From NCBI GenBank assembly GCA_963777605.1, contig CAVZRV010000035.1, positions 192,001 to 256,000 on the forward strand: a stretch of 64,000 nucleotides of DNA, in the 5' to 3' direction. The DNA comes from an uncultured Acidobacteriota bacterium. Its GTDB lineage: Bacteria; Acidobacteriota; UBA6911; RPQK01; JAPXNP01. How positions within the stretch are numbered: position 1 is the stretch's first letter; each line of letters starts with the position of its first letter. Of this stretch, positions 31,516 through 41,921 are shown piece after piece. A program made the position numbers and the translations under genes. Below the pieces are notes generated by a model. The model searched no databases. It was not told the origin of the DNA and was given only the letters and a program-made list of their open reading frames with translations.

Positions 31516-32476
31516 GAGTTTCCTTTCCTTCCGAAAGCAGGCGGGCAGTCTTCCCGCTGTATTTTTCGACCCAAAGAATATCTTTCCTGATCCGTTGAAT
31601 CAAAGCGTCGGCAGTGTCGAAGCGGCGCTCGGGCCGAATTCTAAAGCAGAACTGCAGCTTCATCGACTGGCCGTAGAGGTCACCCGAAAAACCGGGAAGA
31701 TGAGTCTCGATCGTCGGTTCAGGCTCGCGAAAACCCTGGATCGTGGGTCTGAACCCGATATTGGTTGCACCGACAAACTCCGTTCCATTGACGAACGCCC
31801 GGGTCACGTACACACCAGTCGCCGGGGAGAGCTCGTTGTCGGTTTTCAGATTCGCCGTCGGGAAGCCCAGTTCTATACCGCGCCTGGCTCCCTTCACGAT
31901 GCTCCCACGAATTTCGTACGGGCGGCCAAGCAGGCGCTTCGCCAACGCCACCCGACCCTCTCTCACGAGCGCCCTCAGGGCTGTACTGCTCACCCGGGAA
32001 CCCCGAAACTGAACAATCGCGGTTTCCACCACCGAGAACCCAAATTCCTTCCCCAGACCCCTGAGCGTCTCGAAGTCGCCCTTGCGGCGGTGACCAAAAC
32101 GGAAATTGGCCCCAACATGCACCTCGCGCGCTCCCGTTCTGAGAAGCAGGTCCCGGACGAACTCCAGCGGGGAGAGAAGGGACAGCCTCCGTGTGAACGG
32201 CAGCCTCAAGAAAATGTCGATACCGAGCCGGTCCAGCATTTCGGCCTGCTGGTCAAACGTCTGCAGAAGCGGGGGAGCGGTCCCCGACGCAATCACTTTC
32301 TGGGGATGGGGGAAGAAGGAGAGCAGGAACGCCGTTCCCGAGCGATCGCGGGCCCGACGGAACACCTCCCGGATGATCTCCTGGTGTCCGATGTGAACGC
32401 CGTCAAACACACCCAGGGCCACGACGGGATGGTCCAGTCGCGACGGCAGTTCGTGAATGCTTTCAATCACCTTCAT
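31496..32476 (-). CDS. ribF: Bifunctional riboflavin kinase/FAD synthetase
   Basis: GVFDGVHIGH, FRFG, VSST, GFPTAN, NIGFRPT, IRPERRF. Confidence 0.95.
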   Translation of the reverse strand: MKVIESIHELPSRLDHPVVALGVFDGVHIGHQEIIREVFRRARDRSGTAFLLSFFPHPQKVIASGTAPPLLQTFDQQAEMLDRLGIDIFLRLPFTRRLSLLSPLEFVRDLLLRTGAREVHVGANFRFGHRRKGDFETLRGLGKEFGFSVVETAIVQFRGSRVSSTALRALVREGRVALAKRLLGRPYEIRGSIVKGARRGIELGFPTANLKTDNELSPATGVYVTRAFVNGTEFVGATNIGFRPTIQGFREPEPTIETHLPGFSGDLYGQSMKLQFCFRIRPERRFDTADALIQRIRKDILWVEKYSGKTARLLSEGKETLDQGRS

Positions 32477-33228
32477 TTCACATCAACCTGCAGCCCGTCG
32501 TAGGCCAGCTCAATCCCGTCGGGCAGGGCGGCATTTCCTTCTTCATGATCGACATCGTGAGACATGTGGATCAAAAGCGTCCGATTCGCCCCGATCCTCC
32601 GGGCAGCCTCCACCGCCTGCCCGATGCTGAAGTGAGTCGGATGCGGACGATAGCGAAGTCCGTCCAGAACCAGAAACTGGAGGGCATCGAGCCTGGCGAA
32701 GCTTTCCTCAGGGATGTGGCTCACGTCGGTCAGATAGGCAAACCCGCCCACCCGGAATCCGAGAATCGGCATCTTCCCGTGGAACAGCCGGATCGGCTCA
32801 AATTGCAGAGAACCGAGAGAGAACGGGCCCATGATCTCGTTCGGTTCGATCCGGGCCACTCCCCCATAGCCGGAGTTGTTGAACATGTGCCTGAAGGTTA
32901 TCTTCAACTCGCCCATTGTCTGGGGATCCGCATACACCGGCAGCGCCTTTGAGGTGCGCGCCGTAAGCGGGAACAGGTCGTCCATTCCGAGCACGTGATC
33001 GGCATGGTGATGAGTGTAGACCACGGCGTCGAGCCGCTTCACCTGGTGGGCCAGCATTTGCTGACGGAAATCGCTCGACGTGTCGATCAGAACCGTGACG
33101 TCAGCCTCGAGGAGGGCCGAACATCGAAGCCGCCGGTTCCGGACATTATCGGACCGGCAGACCCGGCATTCGCAACCAATGACCGGAATCCCGCGCGAGG
33201 TCCCGGTTCCCAGAAAGGTCACGCGCAT
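32473..33228 (-). CDS. MBL-fold metallo-hydrolase (PhnP-like)
   Basis: FLGTGTS.G.PVIGC.C.VC, THHHADH, AYLTD, IHMSH, AYDG. Confidence 0.9.
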   Translation of the reverse strand: MRVTFLGTGTSRGIPVIGCECRVCRSDNVRNRRLRCSALLEADVTVLIDTSSDFRQQMLAHQVKRLDAVVYTHHHADHVLGMDDLFPLTARTSKALPVYADPQTMGELKITFRHMFNNSGYGGVARIEPNEIMGPFSLGSLQFEPIRLFHGKMPILGFRVGGFAYLTDVSHIPEESFARLDALQFLVLDGLRYRPHPTHFSIGQAVEAARRIGANRTLLIHMSHDVDHEEGNAALPDGIELAYDGLQVDVK

Positions 33229-33241
33229 AAATGAGTCCGCA

Positions 33242-33676
33242 TTAGAGCCTGATCACGTTCCGCTTGGTCAGGTACTTCATCCTCAGCTCGTAGAGAAGGT
33301 GTTCCAACAACTGTTCCTCATCCGTCTCCAGATTGCCCTTCGTCTTGGTCTGCAACAGGGTGAGGATGTCGATCATCTGTTGGGCCCCGTCCAGGTTTTC
33401 CATCCGCTCTCCCGTAGCCGGATCGGGCATTTCGCCCAGATAGGCCATCCCCGAAGCGGCCAGCGACATGATGAACGAAGCGAAATCGATCGCCGGCTCC
33501 TTCTGTCGTTCGGTCTTGCGCTCCTGGGTCGGCTCCGATGGGCCCTGCCTGGGTTCCGGTTCGGACTTCGACTCCGTCCCGGTCTTCGAAAGGAGTTCCC
33601 CCTCCGAAGAAAACTTCCGTCGATCGTCAACTTTGAACGGTGACGACTTTTCTTCTTCTCTTTCGTTATCTGTCAT
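33242..33676 (-). CDS. DUF1844 domain protein
   Basis: FKVDDRRKF, IDFASFIMSL, IDILTLLQTKTKGNL...LYELRMKY. Confidence 0.85.
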   Translation of the reverse strand: MTDNEREEEKSSPFKVDDRRKFSSEGELLSKTGTESKSEPEPRQGPSEPTQERKTERQKEPAIDFASFIMSLAASGMAYLGEMPDPATGERMENLDGAQQMIDILTLLQTKTKGNLETDEEQLLEHLLYELRMKYLTKRNVIRL

Positions 33677-33723
33677 GACTGCTCACCTCGTTTGATGCGA
33701 TGTAGATCCAGTTCTGAGATAAA

Positions 33724-34563
33724 TTACCCGTCTCGGTCCTCGGCGCCTTCCGCCTCGGCGATTTCCTCCAGTTTAACCGCCTGCCACGCCGACTCCATCT
33801 CATCCAGGTCTGCTTCGGCCAGGTCCCTCCCCGCTTTCTTAAGTCGACGCTCCAACCCCCTGAACCGCTTCACGAACTTGGCATTTGCCCGCTTCAGTGC
33901 CGACTCGGGATCGACCTCAAGGTATCGTGCGACATTCATGGCGACGAAGACAAGGTCTCCAACTTCCTCTCGAACCCGCGCCTCATCGCCCTGCCCAATT
34001 GCTTCTTCAAGTTCCTCGAACTCTTCGTTGAACTTCTCGCGAAGCCCCGACAGTTCCGGCCAGTCGAAACCGACGCGCGCCGCCTTGGACGTCATCTGAT
34101 AGGTCCGGTACATGGTTGGAAGGTTGTCGGGGATGCCGTCCAGGAGAGACTCCTTGACGACTTCCTTCCCCGCCGCCCGTTTCTCGGCCTGTTTCAGATC
34201 CTCCCACCTTCGTAGCAGCTCTTCCGAAGTTTCGATCGAAGCATCCCCAAAGACGTGCGGGTGGCGATTCACCATTTTCAGGAAGACCCGCCGGCACACG
34301 TCGCGGGCGTTGAATTCACCCCGCTCCTGGGCAATCCGGCTGTGGAAGATCACCTGGAAGAGAAGATCTCCCAGTTCTTCACAGAGGTCTGCGGGGTCGT
34401 CACTGTCGAGGGCCTCGATGACTTCGTGGGCCTCCTCAATCAGCATCGGCTTGAGGGTTTCACGGGTTTGCTCCCGATCCCAGGGGCATCCCTGGTCGCT
34501 TCTCAGGATGTCCATCAGTTCGACAAGATTGTCGAATTCGTGCTCGCTGTTGGGTGGTTTCAC
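33724..34563 (-). CDS. mazG: Nucleoside triphosphate pyrophosphohydrolase MazG (start estimated)
   Basis: LRSDQGCPWDREQT, EEAHE, EELGDLL, RHPHVF, GFDW, EEVGD, ANAKF. Confidence 0.93.
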   Translation of the reverse strand: MKPPNSEHEFDNLVELMDILRSDQGCPWDREQTRETLKPMLIEEAHEVIEALDSDDPADLCEELGDLLFQVIFHSRIAQERGEFNARDVCRRVFLKMVNRHPHVFGDASIETSEELLRRWEDLKQAEKRAAGKEVVKESLLDGIPDNLPTMYRTYQMTSKAARVGFDWPELSGLREKFNEEFEELEEAIGQGDEARVREEVGDLVFVAMNVARYLEVDPESALKRANAKFVKRFRGLERRLKKAGRDLAEADLDEMESAWQAVKLEEIAEAEGAEDRDG

Positions 34564-34718
34564 AGAAGGAAGCTTAACAAAGGGGTCTTGGTCTTCGCAT
34601 CTCGCGCCCGGATGTTTTATTATGACGTCAACTTTCAAGCAGATGTAGATCGATGTGTGAGAGTGAGAGGGATGAGCGAGGCGTCGCCCTTTCCCGACGA
34701 TGCAATCAGGAGAGGATA

Positions 34719-35282
34719 ATGGAACCATCGCGAGAGATGGCCTGGCAGTTGCTGAATGAGTACACCGGCAACCCCAACCTGGTGAAGCATGCACTCGCCG
34801 TAGAAGCGGCGATGCGGGCGTACGCCGTAAAATTCGACGAAGCCCCCGACCGCTGGGGTATCGTCGGACTGATCCACGACTTTGATTACGATCGCTTCCC
34901 CGATGAGCATCCCGAAAAGGGCGCGGCACTTCTGTCCGAGAAAGGCTACCCAGCGGACATGATCCACGCCGTCCGCGCCCACGCCGAGTTCACCGGCGTA
35001 CCCCGCACAAGTCGAATGGACCACGCCCTGTTTGCAGTCGATGAACTGTGCGGGTTTATCACTGCTGCGGCCTTGATCCGCCCCGACAAGGATATTCGGG
35101 GGCTCCCCGTCAAATCGGTCAAAAAGCGGATGAAAGACAAGGCCTTCGCCCGAGCAGTCAGCCGGGACGACCTCGTCCGGGGAGCGGAGGAGTTGGGCAT
35201 CGGTCTTGATGAGCACATCGGGTTTGTAATCTCGGCCATGGCTCAGATCGCCGGCGAACTGGGCCTGGATGGAAATCACTGA
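34719..35282 (+). CDS. HD-domain protein (HDIG-like)
   Basis: KHALAVEAAM, GLIHDFDY, FAVDELCGF, KDKAFARAVSR. Confidence 0.88.
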   Translation: MEPSREMAWQLLNEYTGNPNLVKHALAVEAAMRAYAVKFDEAPDRWGIVGLIHDFDYDRFPDEHPEKGAALLSEKGYPADMIHAVRAHAEFTGVPRTSRMDHALFAVDELCGFITAAALIRPDKDIRGLPVKSVKKRMKDKAFARAVSRDDLVRGAEELGIGLDEHIGFVISAMAQIAGELGLDGNH

Positions 35283-35291
35283 GGAGGTTGA

Positions 35292-37253
35292 ATGGAAGAG
35301 CAAGGCGGCAGTTTTCAATCATTGTTGAAAGAGGAGCGGCGTTTCGCTCCGTCCGAGGAATTCAAGGCCCAGGCAAATTGGAACGATCCTTCCATCTATC
35401 GGACTGCCGCTCAGGACCTTGAGGGATTCTGGGCTGAACGCGCCCAGGATATCGACTGGTTCAAACCCTGGGACAAGGTTCTCGAATGGGATGCTCCCAA
35501 TGTGAAGTGGTTCTCCGGAGCCACGACCAACGTCTGCTACAACTGCGTTGATCGTCACCTCAAGACCTGGCGAAAGAACAAGGCGGCCATCATCTGGGAA
35601 GGTGAACCGGTCCATGACCGACGCGTTTTGACCTACCAGGACCTCTACCGGGAGGTCAACCGCTGCGCCATCGCCCTGAAAAGGGTCGGCGTGGAGAAGG
35701 GCGATCGAGTGGCAATTTACATGGGAATGATCCCTGAGTTGCCGATCGCCATGCTGGCCTGCGCCCGAATCGGTGCGCCTCACACAGTGATCTTTGGTGG
35801 CTTCAGCCCCGATGCAATCCGCGACCGGATCAACGACTGCGGTGCGAAGGTCCTGATCACCGCCGACGGTTCCTGGCGCCGGGGCAACCGTGTTCCCCTC
35901 AAGGAAAACGCCGACATTGCACTCCAGGAATGCCCTACCATCGAGAAAGTCTTCGTGGTCAACCACGCCATGAATGCCCGGGACGTCAACCTGGAAGGCT
36001 ACCGCGATGTCTGGTGGCACCGGGAGATGGACCGCAGCGGGAGCGAGACGATTCCCCCCGAGGAACTGGACTCCGAACATCCCCTTTACATCCTCTACAC
36101 CTCGGGCACGACCGGCAAACCCAAGGGATTGCTTCACACCACCGGGGGGTACCTGGTCGGCACGCAAACCACAACCAAGTACGTCTTCGACCTCAAAGAC
36201 AATGACACCTACTGGTGCGCCGCCGATATCGGCTGGGTCACGGGCCACAGCTACATCGTCTACGGACCGCTGGCCAACGGTGCCACCATGGTGATGTACG
36301 AGGGTGCTCCCAACCATCCGCACCGCGGGCGAATGTGGCAGATCATCGAACGTTACCAGGTCAACATTCTCTACACGGCCCCCACCGCCATCCGGTCGTT
36401 CATGGCATGGGGAGAGCAGCACCCGAACCAGTATGACCTCTCCTCTCTCCGGCTCCTCGGAACGGTGGGTGAACCGATCAACCCCGAAGCATGGATCTGG
36501 TACCGGAAGTACATCGGACAGGACAAGACTCCGATTGTCGACACCTGGTGGCAGACGGAGACCGGCATGACCATGATCACCCCGCTTCCCGGGATCACCG
36601 AAACCAAGCCGGGGTCGGCAACTATTCCGTTTCCTGGAGTCGAAGCCGACGTCGTGGACGAAGCCGGCGACTCGGTTGCCCCCGGCGGCGGCGGGTTTCT
36701 CGTCCTGAAAAAGCCTTGGCCGGCAATGGCCCGGGCGATCTGGGGTGATCCCGAACGCTGGCAAGAGACCTACTGGAACCGTTTCCCCGGGATCTACTTC
36801 ACTGGAGACAGTGCCCGTCGCGACGAAGACGGCTACTTTTGGGTGTTGGGCCGGGTCGACGACGTCCTCAATGTCTCGGGACACCGCATCGGAACCATGG
36901 AGGTGGAGAGCGCGCTGGTGAGCCACTCCGCAGTGGCGGAAGCGGCAGTTATCGGCATCTCGCATGCGATCAAGGGACAGGCGATTGCCGCGTTCGCGGT
37001 CCTCGTCGACGACGTCGAGGGCGACCGGAAATTGATCGAGGAGTTGCGCAATCACGTCGCGGATAAGATCGGTCCCATCGCGCGGCCCGAAAAGATCTAC
37101 CTGACGAGCGAACTTCCCAAGACCCGAAGCGGCAAGATCATGCGGCGGTTGCTCCGCGATATCGCCGAAGGGCGAGTTCTCAGCGACACTACGACGCTGG
37201 CGGACGCGGGGGTCATCGACCAGATCAAAGAACAGTACGAAGAAAACAGCTAG
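35292..37253 (+). CDS. acs: Acetate--CoA ligase
   Basis: [43 protein letters not shown]. Confidence 0.97.
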   Translation: MEEQGGSFQSLLKEERRFAPSEEFKAQANWNDPSIYRTAAQDLEGFWAERAQDIDWFKPWDKVLEWDAPNVKWFSGATTNVCYNCVDRHLKTWRKNKAAIIWEGEPVHDRRVLTYQDLYREVNRCAIALKRVGVEKGDRVAIYMGMIPELPIAMLACARIGAPHTVIFGGFSPDAIRDRINDCGAKVLITADGSWRRGNRVPLKENADIALQECPTIEKVFVVNHAMNARDVNLEGYRDVWWHREMDRSGSETIPPEELDSEHPLYILYTSGTTGKPKGLLHTTGGYLVGTQTTTKYVFDLKDNDTYWCAADIGWVTGHSYIVYGPLANGATMVMYEGAPNHPHRGRMWQIIERYQVNILYTAPTAIRSFMAWGEQHPNQYDLSSLRLLGTVGEPINPEAWIWYRKYIGQDKTPIVDTWWQTETGMTMITPLPGITETKPGSATIPFPGVEADVVDEAGDSVAPGGGGFLVLKKPWPAMARAIWGDPERWQETYWNRFPGIYFTGDSARRDEDGYFWVLGRVDDVLNVSGHRIGTMEVESALVSHSAVAEAAVIGISHAIKGQAIAAFAVLVDDVEGDRKLIEELRNHVADKIGPIARPEKIYLTSELPKTRSGKIMRRLLRDIAEGRVLSDTTTLADAGVIDQIKEQYEENS

Positions 37254-37265
37254 TGTCCCCGGACA

Positions 37266-38282
37266 CTAGTGAAAGAGATAGTAGATCCGAGTAACCCACT
37301 TGGCTGAATCGGGTTCTTCGGCCGGCCCAACGAGGTACTCCTCGACAGCGGGGGGTACCTGGGTCAACTGGTACTTCTGCATGTAGGCGTCAATGGCCTG
37401 GTGTGCTCCGACCGAATTTTCATACGGCCCGGTGTGAGTGACCAGCAAAGCCTTAGAGTGGGGGACCTCGACGACCTCGGTCCCTCCTCCCAGGTCCACC
37501 GGAGAAGCAACCGGTACAGCCGCCGCCATCAGGCTAACCTGATCGTCCTCGTCCCATTGGAAGAACAGCCCGGTGGGCGGTCCGGTCGTCGCAATCTTCT
37601 TCGCGTTCAGCGCTTCCTGCAGCCTGTTCAGCCGGGTTGAAAGGAAGTTCTCGGTATCGGAAAATTTCACCTTGTCCCGGAAAGCAACGTAGACACGGGC
37701 CGGAAATTCGACCTCCGTCACCTGGTACCCGTTGAATCGGTGGCGTGCGTCGTTTTCGCAGACCTTCTTCAGGTTCTCCAGACCCCGTTTAAAGTCGGAA
37801 CCGACGGCATCCTCGAAATCCATAAAAATGCCGATGATGTTGATCGGGAAATTGAGCTTCCCCCGGTACTGCCAGGTGACCTTGGTCTGATCTCCTTCGG
37901 GATCGAGTTCGAAGTCAGTCTCGACCTCGCTTTCAAAAGGCTGGATGAACTGAATCGTGGACTCGACCCGACGATTTTCGTCGGCAGCAGTTATTACTTC
38001 TTCGCCCGCCCCAACCTGGTTATTTCCTTCCCAGATCGCGACCGCCCCAACGTGGCCTTCCTCACCCTTGAACTCGAGCGAAATGTCCGGGTCGGCCAGG
38101 TACCACGGATACCAGGTCAGCCTCTTCTTGAACTGAACGATAAAGGGGTAAATCACTTCCGGCGGCGCGTCGATCACTATGCTCCGGTCAATCGACACTT
38201 CTCCGGGGGCGACGAACGCAAGTGCAACAACAATCAGGACCAGCGTGATGACGGCAATCAGTATCAGCGTGAGTCTTTTCAA
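37266..38282 (-). CDS. SRPBCC domain plus GyrI-like small-molecule-binding domain protein with an N-terminal anchor
   Basis: RSIVIDAPPE..W.PW, G.DF.RGLENLK; C-terminal HTGPY, EEYLVGP, WVTRIYY. Confidence 0.82.
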   Translation of the reverse strand: MKRLTLILIAVITLVLIVVALAFVAPGEVSIDRSIVIDAPPEVIYPFIVQFKKRLTWYPWYLADPDISLEFKGEEGHVGAVAIWEGNNQVGAGEEVITAADENRRVESTIQFIQPFESEVETDFELDPEGDQTKVTWQYRGKLNFPINIIGIFMDFEDAVGSDFKRGLENLKKVCENDARHRFNGYQVTEVEFPARVYVAFRDKVKFSDTENFLSTRLNRLQEALNAKKIATTGPPTGLFFQWDEDDQVSLMAAAVPVASPVDLGGGTEVVEVPHSKALLVTHTGPYENSVGAHQAIDAYMQKYQLTQVPPAVEEYLVGPAEEPDSAKWVTRIYYLFH

Positions 38283-38513
38283 GACATTCCCTCTTCAAGT
38301 TGCCAATGGAAATGGCGCGGGTCCCTGCCGGGTCGAGCACGCAGATCCATCCACTGACTGCATTCTATGGGCCCCTGCCAAACGGCCGCAACCTCCCGCT
38401 CAGGTGGAACAGGTGTTCTCCCGTGTCTCGCACCAGGGTTCTCCGGGAGAGGATCAGTCCTCAGTCGACACTAACAGGTAGAATACTCCGATCGGAGACA
38501 GTCGGAACCCGCA

Positions 38514-39200
38514 ATGCCACAAACTGAAATCACAAATCACAAATCACAAATCACAAATGCCTCTGTCCGCGTGCTCCTCTTCGATCTCGGAGGCGTCCTG
38601 GTCGAGTGGGTCGGGCGTGACCAACTCCTCAACTTGACCGAAGGTCGTCTTTCTCCGGAGGAGGCACGCCGGTTCTGGTTGTATTCCAGGTGGGTTCAAC
38701 TCTTCGAACGAGGCCGCTGTAGACCGGACGAGTTCGCCGCCGGTGCCGTGAACGAACTTGGGCTGGATATGGCGCCGGCCGAGTTTCTGGACCGCTTCGT
38801 GGCGTGGGACCGGGGACCGTTTCCCGGCGCGATCGAACTGCTGGAGAAGCTTGCGCCCCACTTTCAGTTGGCCTGCCTGAGCAACAACAACGAAATCCAC
38901 TGGCCAAGGATTCGGGATCAATTCGGCCTGGGACGGTTCTTCCACCCGCAGTTCGTCTCCCATGAACTGGATCTCATCAAGCCCGAGCCGGAGATCTTCC
39001 GGCACGTCGCCTCCGTTCTGGACCTACCGCCGCAGCAGGTTCTCTTTTTCGATGACAACCCGGAGTGCGTCGAAGCCGCTCGCAGCGAAGGCTTCCAGGC
39101 CGAAGTAGCGCGAGGACCCGAGGAAATATCTGAGATTTGTGATTTGAGATTTGGGATTAGCCCCGGCCAATTCCACTCAATCACAAATCACAAATCTTAG
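38514..39200 (+). CDS. HAD-family phosphatase (YihX-like)
   Basis: FDLGGVL, LSNNN..HW, KPEPEIF, FFDD. Confidence 0.88.
   Translation: MPQTEITNHKSQITNASVRVLLFDLGGVLVEWVGRDQLLNLTEGRLSPEEARRFWLYSRWVQLFERGRCRPDEFAAGAVNELGLDMAPAEFLDRFVAWDRGPFPGAIELLEKLAPHFQLACLSNNNEIHWPRIRDQFGLGRFFHPQFVSHELDLIKPEPEIFRHVASVLDLPPQQVLFFDDNPECVEAARSEGFQAEVARGPEEISEICDLRFGISPGQFHSITNHKS
38527..38558 (+). repeat. Heptamer tandem repeat (AAATCAC)x4
   Basis: Read directly; related copies at about 701-720, 3622-3641, 13919-13950, 19926-19960 and 39131-39207. Confidence 0.9.
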
Positions 39201-39203
39201 ATT

Positions 39204-40568
39204 TTAGATGTTTTCTGGTCTCAGGTATTCCAGAACCGAGTCCACCAGTCGCCGGGCGACTTCCGGTGACTTCCCTTCGGCTACTACCCGGACGATCGGT
39301 TCCGTGTTGGAGGCGCGGACGTGCAGCCAGCGATCGGGCCAGTCCACCTTGATGCCGTCCGTGAGGTCGAGTTCCTCCCCGCGGAACACATGTTTCATGA
39401 GGCGGATGAAGGCAGCGGCCTGGCGGGGGCGGCAGGCAACCTTCTCCTTGATGATGTGGTAATCGGGGAGACGCTGCCGCAACTGGCTGACGGTCTGTCG
39501 TTCCCGGGCCATCGACTCGAGAATCAGGGCCATTGCCACGAAACTGTCCCGGCATGGGTTGAGCGCGCGGACGATCACGCCTCCGTTGCCTTCTCCCCCG
39601 ATCCAGGAACCGACCCGTTTCATGGTTTCGAGCACGTTGATCTCTCCAACCGGGCTTCGGTACAGCACCTGGCCGGCAGCAGCAACGACGTCGTCCAACA
39701 TTCGGCTCGTCGAGAGATTGGCCACTACCGGGCCTGGATAGCGCGTCAAGAGATGGCGCACTACCAACGCCAGGGTCGCATCCTCGCCCAGCGGAGTCCC
39801 GGTCTCGTCTACCAGGGCCAGGCGGTCCGCGTCGGCATCCTGGGCGAAACCGACATCGGCCTTCTCCCGCTCGACGGCGGCGCACAGGTCCCCGATGTTC
39901 TCCCGCAATGGCTCGGGGTCCCGCGGGAAGAGCTGGTCCGGGTTGGTGTGCAACTCAATGACCTCGCAGCCGAGCCGGCGCAGAAACTCGGGGCTCACCA
40001 GCGAAGCCGCCCCGTTGCAGCAGTCTACGGCGACGCGAAAAGCCCGTTCCCGGATCATCCCGACATCAACCTCGCCCATGACAGCGGCCATGTGTCCTGC
40101 AAAAGCGCCGTCGTCCTGCCGGACTTCAGGAATCTGGTCGGCCGCTACCCTCGGATAGACCCCCTGATGGTAGAGGTCCAGCACCTCGGCGAACTGACTC
40201 GGTCGCAGCGTGATTCCGTCTGAGTCACAGAACTTCAGCGCATTCCACTCCACCGGGTTGTGGCTGGCAGTGATGCAGATGCCTCCGGCCGCCCCGGCCT
40301 TCCTAAGGTGAAACTGGAGAGTCGGCACCGGGACGATGCCCAGGTTGACGGGGGTACAGCCTACGCTCAGGAGTCCCGCCACTGCGGCAGGCACCACCAT
40401 CTGGCGAGAAGGTCGCGTATCCGACCCGATTACCACCGGACGCGGACCGCAGTAGGTTCCGAATGCAGCCGCAAACGATGCCACGATCTGGGGAGTGAGC
40501 GAGACGCCCGCGATCCCGCGGACGCCGGAAACACCGATCTTGAGGGAAGGGATCTGCGCCGCCATCAC
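39204..40568 (-). CDS. Phosphohexomutase (phosphoglucosamine/phosphomannomutase family)
   Basis: SGVRG, ITASHNP (catalytic Ser), QDADADR, GGEGNGG, VRASNTEP. Confidence 0.92.
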   Translation of the reverse strand: MMAAQIPSLKIGVSGVRGIAGVSLTPQIVASFAAAFGTYCGPRPVVIGSDTRPSRQMVVPAAVAGLLSVGCTPVNLGIVPVPTLQFHLRKAGAAGGICITASHNPVEWNALKFCDSDGITLRPSQFAEVLDLYHQGVYPRVAADQIPEVRQDDGAFAGHMAAVMGEVDVGMIRERAFRVAVDCCNGAASLVSPEFLRRLGCEVIELHTNPDQLFPRDPEPLRENIGDLCAAVEREKADVGFAQDADADRLALVDETGTPLGEDATLALVVRHLLTRYPGPVVANLSTSRMLDDVVAAAGQVLYRSPVGEINVLETMKRVGSWIGGEGNGGVIVRALNPCRDSFVAMALILESMARERQTVSQLRQRLPDYHIIKEKVACRPRQAAAFIRLMKHVFRGEELDLTDGIKVDWPDRWLHVRASNTEPIVRVVAEGKSPEVARRLVDSVLEYLRPENI

Positions 40569-41921
40569 TTACCTCCTCCAGTGTACCGGCGAGCGGATCC
40601 GACGCACCGGTTGAAAAGAGCATCCACCCGTTCCTGCTCCCCTCCCTCAACGATGATTCGCAGAAGGGGCTCGGTCTTGGAGACTCGAATGTGTACCCAC
40701 AAATCGTCCCAGTCGACCCGGACTCCGTCGAGGGTATTGGGATCGTCCTGTTCAAATTCCTCCCGAAATCGCTCCAGTGCCCGGTAGGCCTGGGGAGCCG
40801 GGCAGCGGATCTCCCCTTTCGAATCACCGGCTGGGGAATTCGGCCCGCGATCTCCGACAATGGTTTGCTTTCCGACGCCATCAGCTCAAGAATCTGCCCC
40901 ATAGAGAGCAACGCATCGAACGCTACCGACGACGGGAGCACGGCGACTCCGCCCGGACCCTTCCCCGGCCAGAACAGCGGCTTCCTCCAACCCGCGGTCG
41001 ATGACATGACTCTCACCGACCGCCGTTCGAATGACGGACTGGCCGAACTCGCGGGCGACATGATCGACCCGGCTCGAGGTCGACAAATTGGTGACAATCG
41101 TGCCGGGGCGCCGGGTCAGTCGATTTCGCGCCACCAGTGGCAGGGTCATCTCTTCTGAAAGGGCCTGCCCGGTTTCGACGGCAACTCCGAGTCGGTCTCC
41201 ATCTACGTTCAGCGCGAAACCGGCGGAGCATCCCTCGCGACAAACCGCATCCGCGAGCTCTCCCATGGTTTTCGACGTCGGCTCCGGGCGATCGCGGAGG
41301 TCCTGGGGAGACTCGTGAATGAGCACGAGTTCGACGGAAAGCCGTGCCGCCAGGCCCCGGACAAGCGGGCCAAGAGCACCCCCTCTCAAGTCGACAGCAA
41401 TACGAAAATCGCCGGAACGGATCAAGTCACAGTCCAGAACCGAGCAGAGGTAAGTTTCATACGAGTCCCAGGATCCCGACGGGAGCGGGCTCCGGGCTGC
41501 GGGGATGAGATGTCGGTGCGCGGAACGCCGAAGCATGGTAGACGTCAAGCAGTTCCTCGCTCTTGAGTGGATTGAGGAGAGCCCCGTCGGGACCGACGAA
41601 CTTCAGAGCATTCCAGCGGGTGTCGTTGTGGCTTCCCGTGATCGAGATTCCGCCGCTGCAGCCCAGGTCCCGAACCGCGAATGATACCAGGGGAGTTGAA
41701 GTCGTCCCCAGTTCGATCACCTCGCAGTCCGAAGCCAGCAGGCCGGCTACCACGGCGGCATGAACCATAGGGGCGGATCGTCGTGTGTCTCGTCCCACCG
41801 CGACGGGGCCCCCGCCGGCCCAGGAACCAAAGGCACGGGCAAAGCTGATGATCAGTTCGGGGTTCAGGGCCTCCCCGACGATCCCTCTAATCCACGACGT
41901 CCCGATCTTCAGCTCACGCAC
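40565..41921 (-). pseudogene. Second phosphohexomutase paralog broken by three frameshifts (true pseudogene or sequencing indels)
   Basis: Consecutive pieces in different frames: MRELKIGTSWIRG...ITGSHND / ...NVDGDRL...GEGSG / GGVAVLP...FDALL / ...DGVRVDW...RVSKTEPLLRII...YTGGGK*. Shifts near 41525, 40960 and 40810; the final stop overlaps the next gene's start. Confidence 0.8.

Noticed and set aside
35319-37055. Long antisense ORFs (also 8212..9570, 43194..44552, 60401..61906)
   Set aside because: Shadow frames opposite well-supported genes, expected in high-GC DNA.
40800-41530. Programmed ribosomal frameshifting in the mutase paralog
   Set aside because: Three separate shifts without canonical slippery sites; indel error or decay is more parsimonious.
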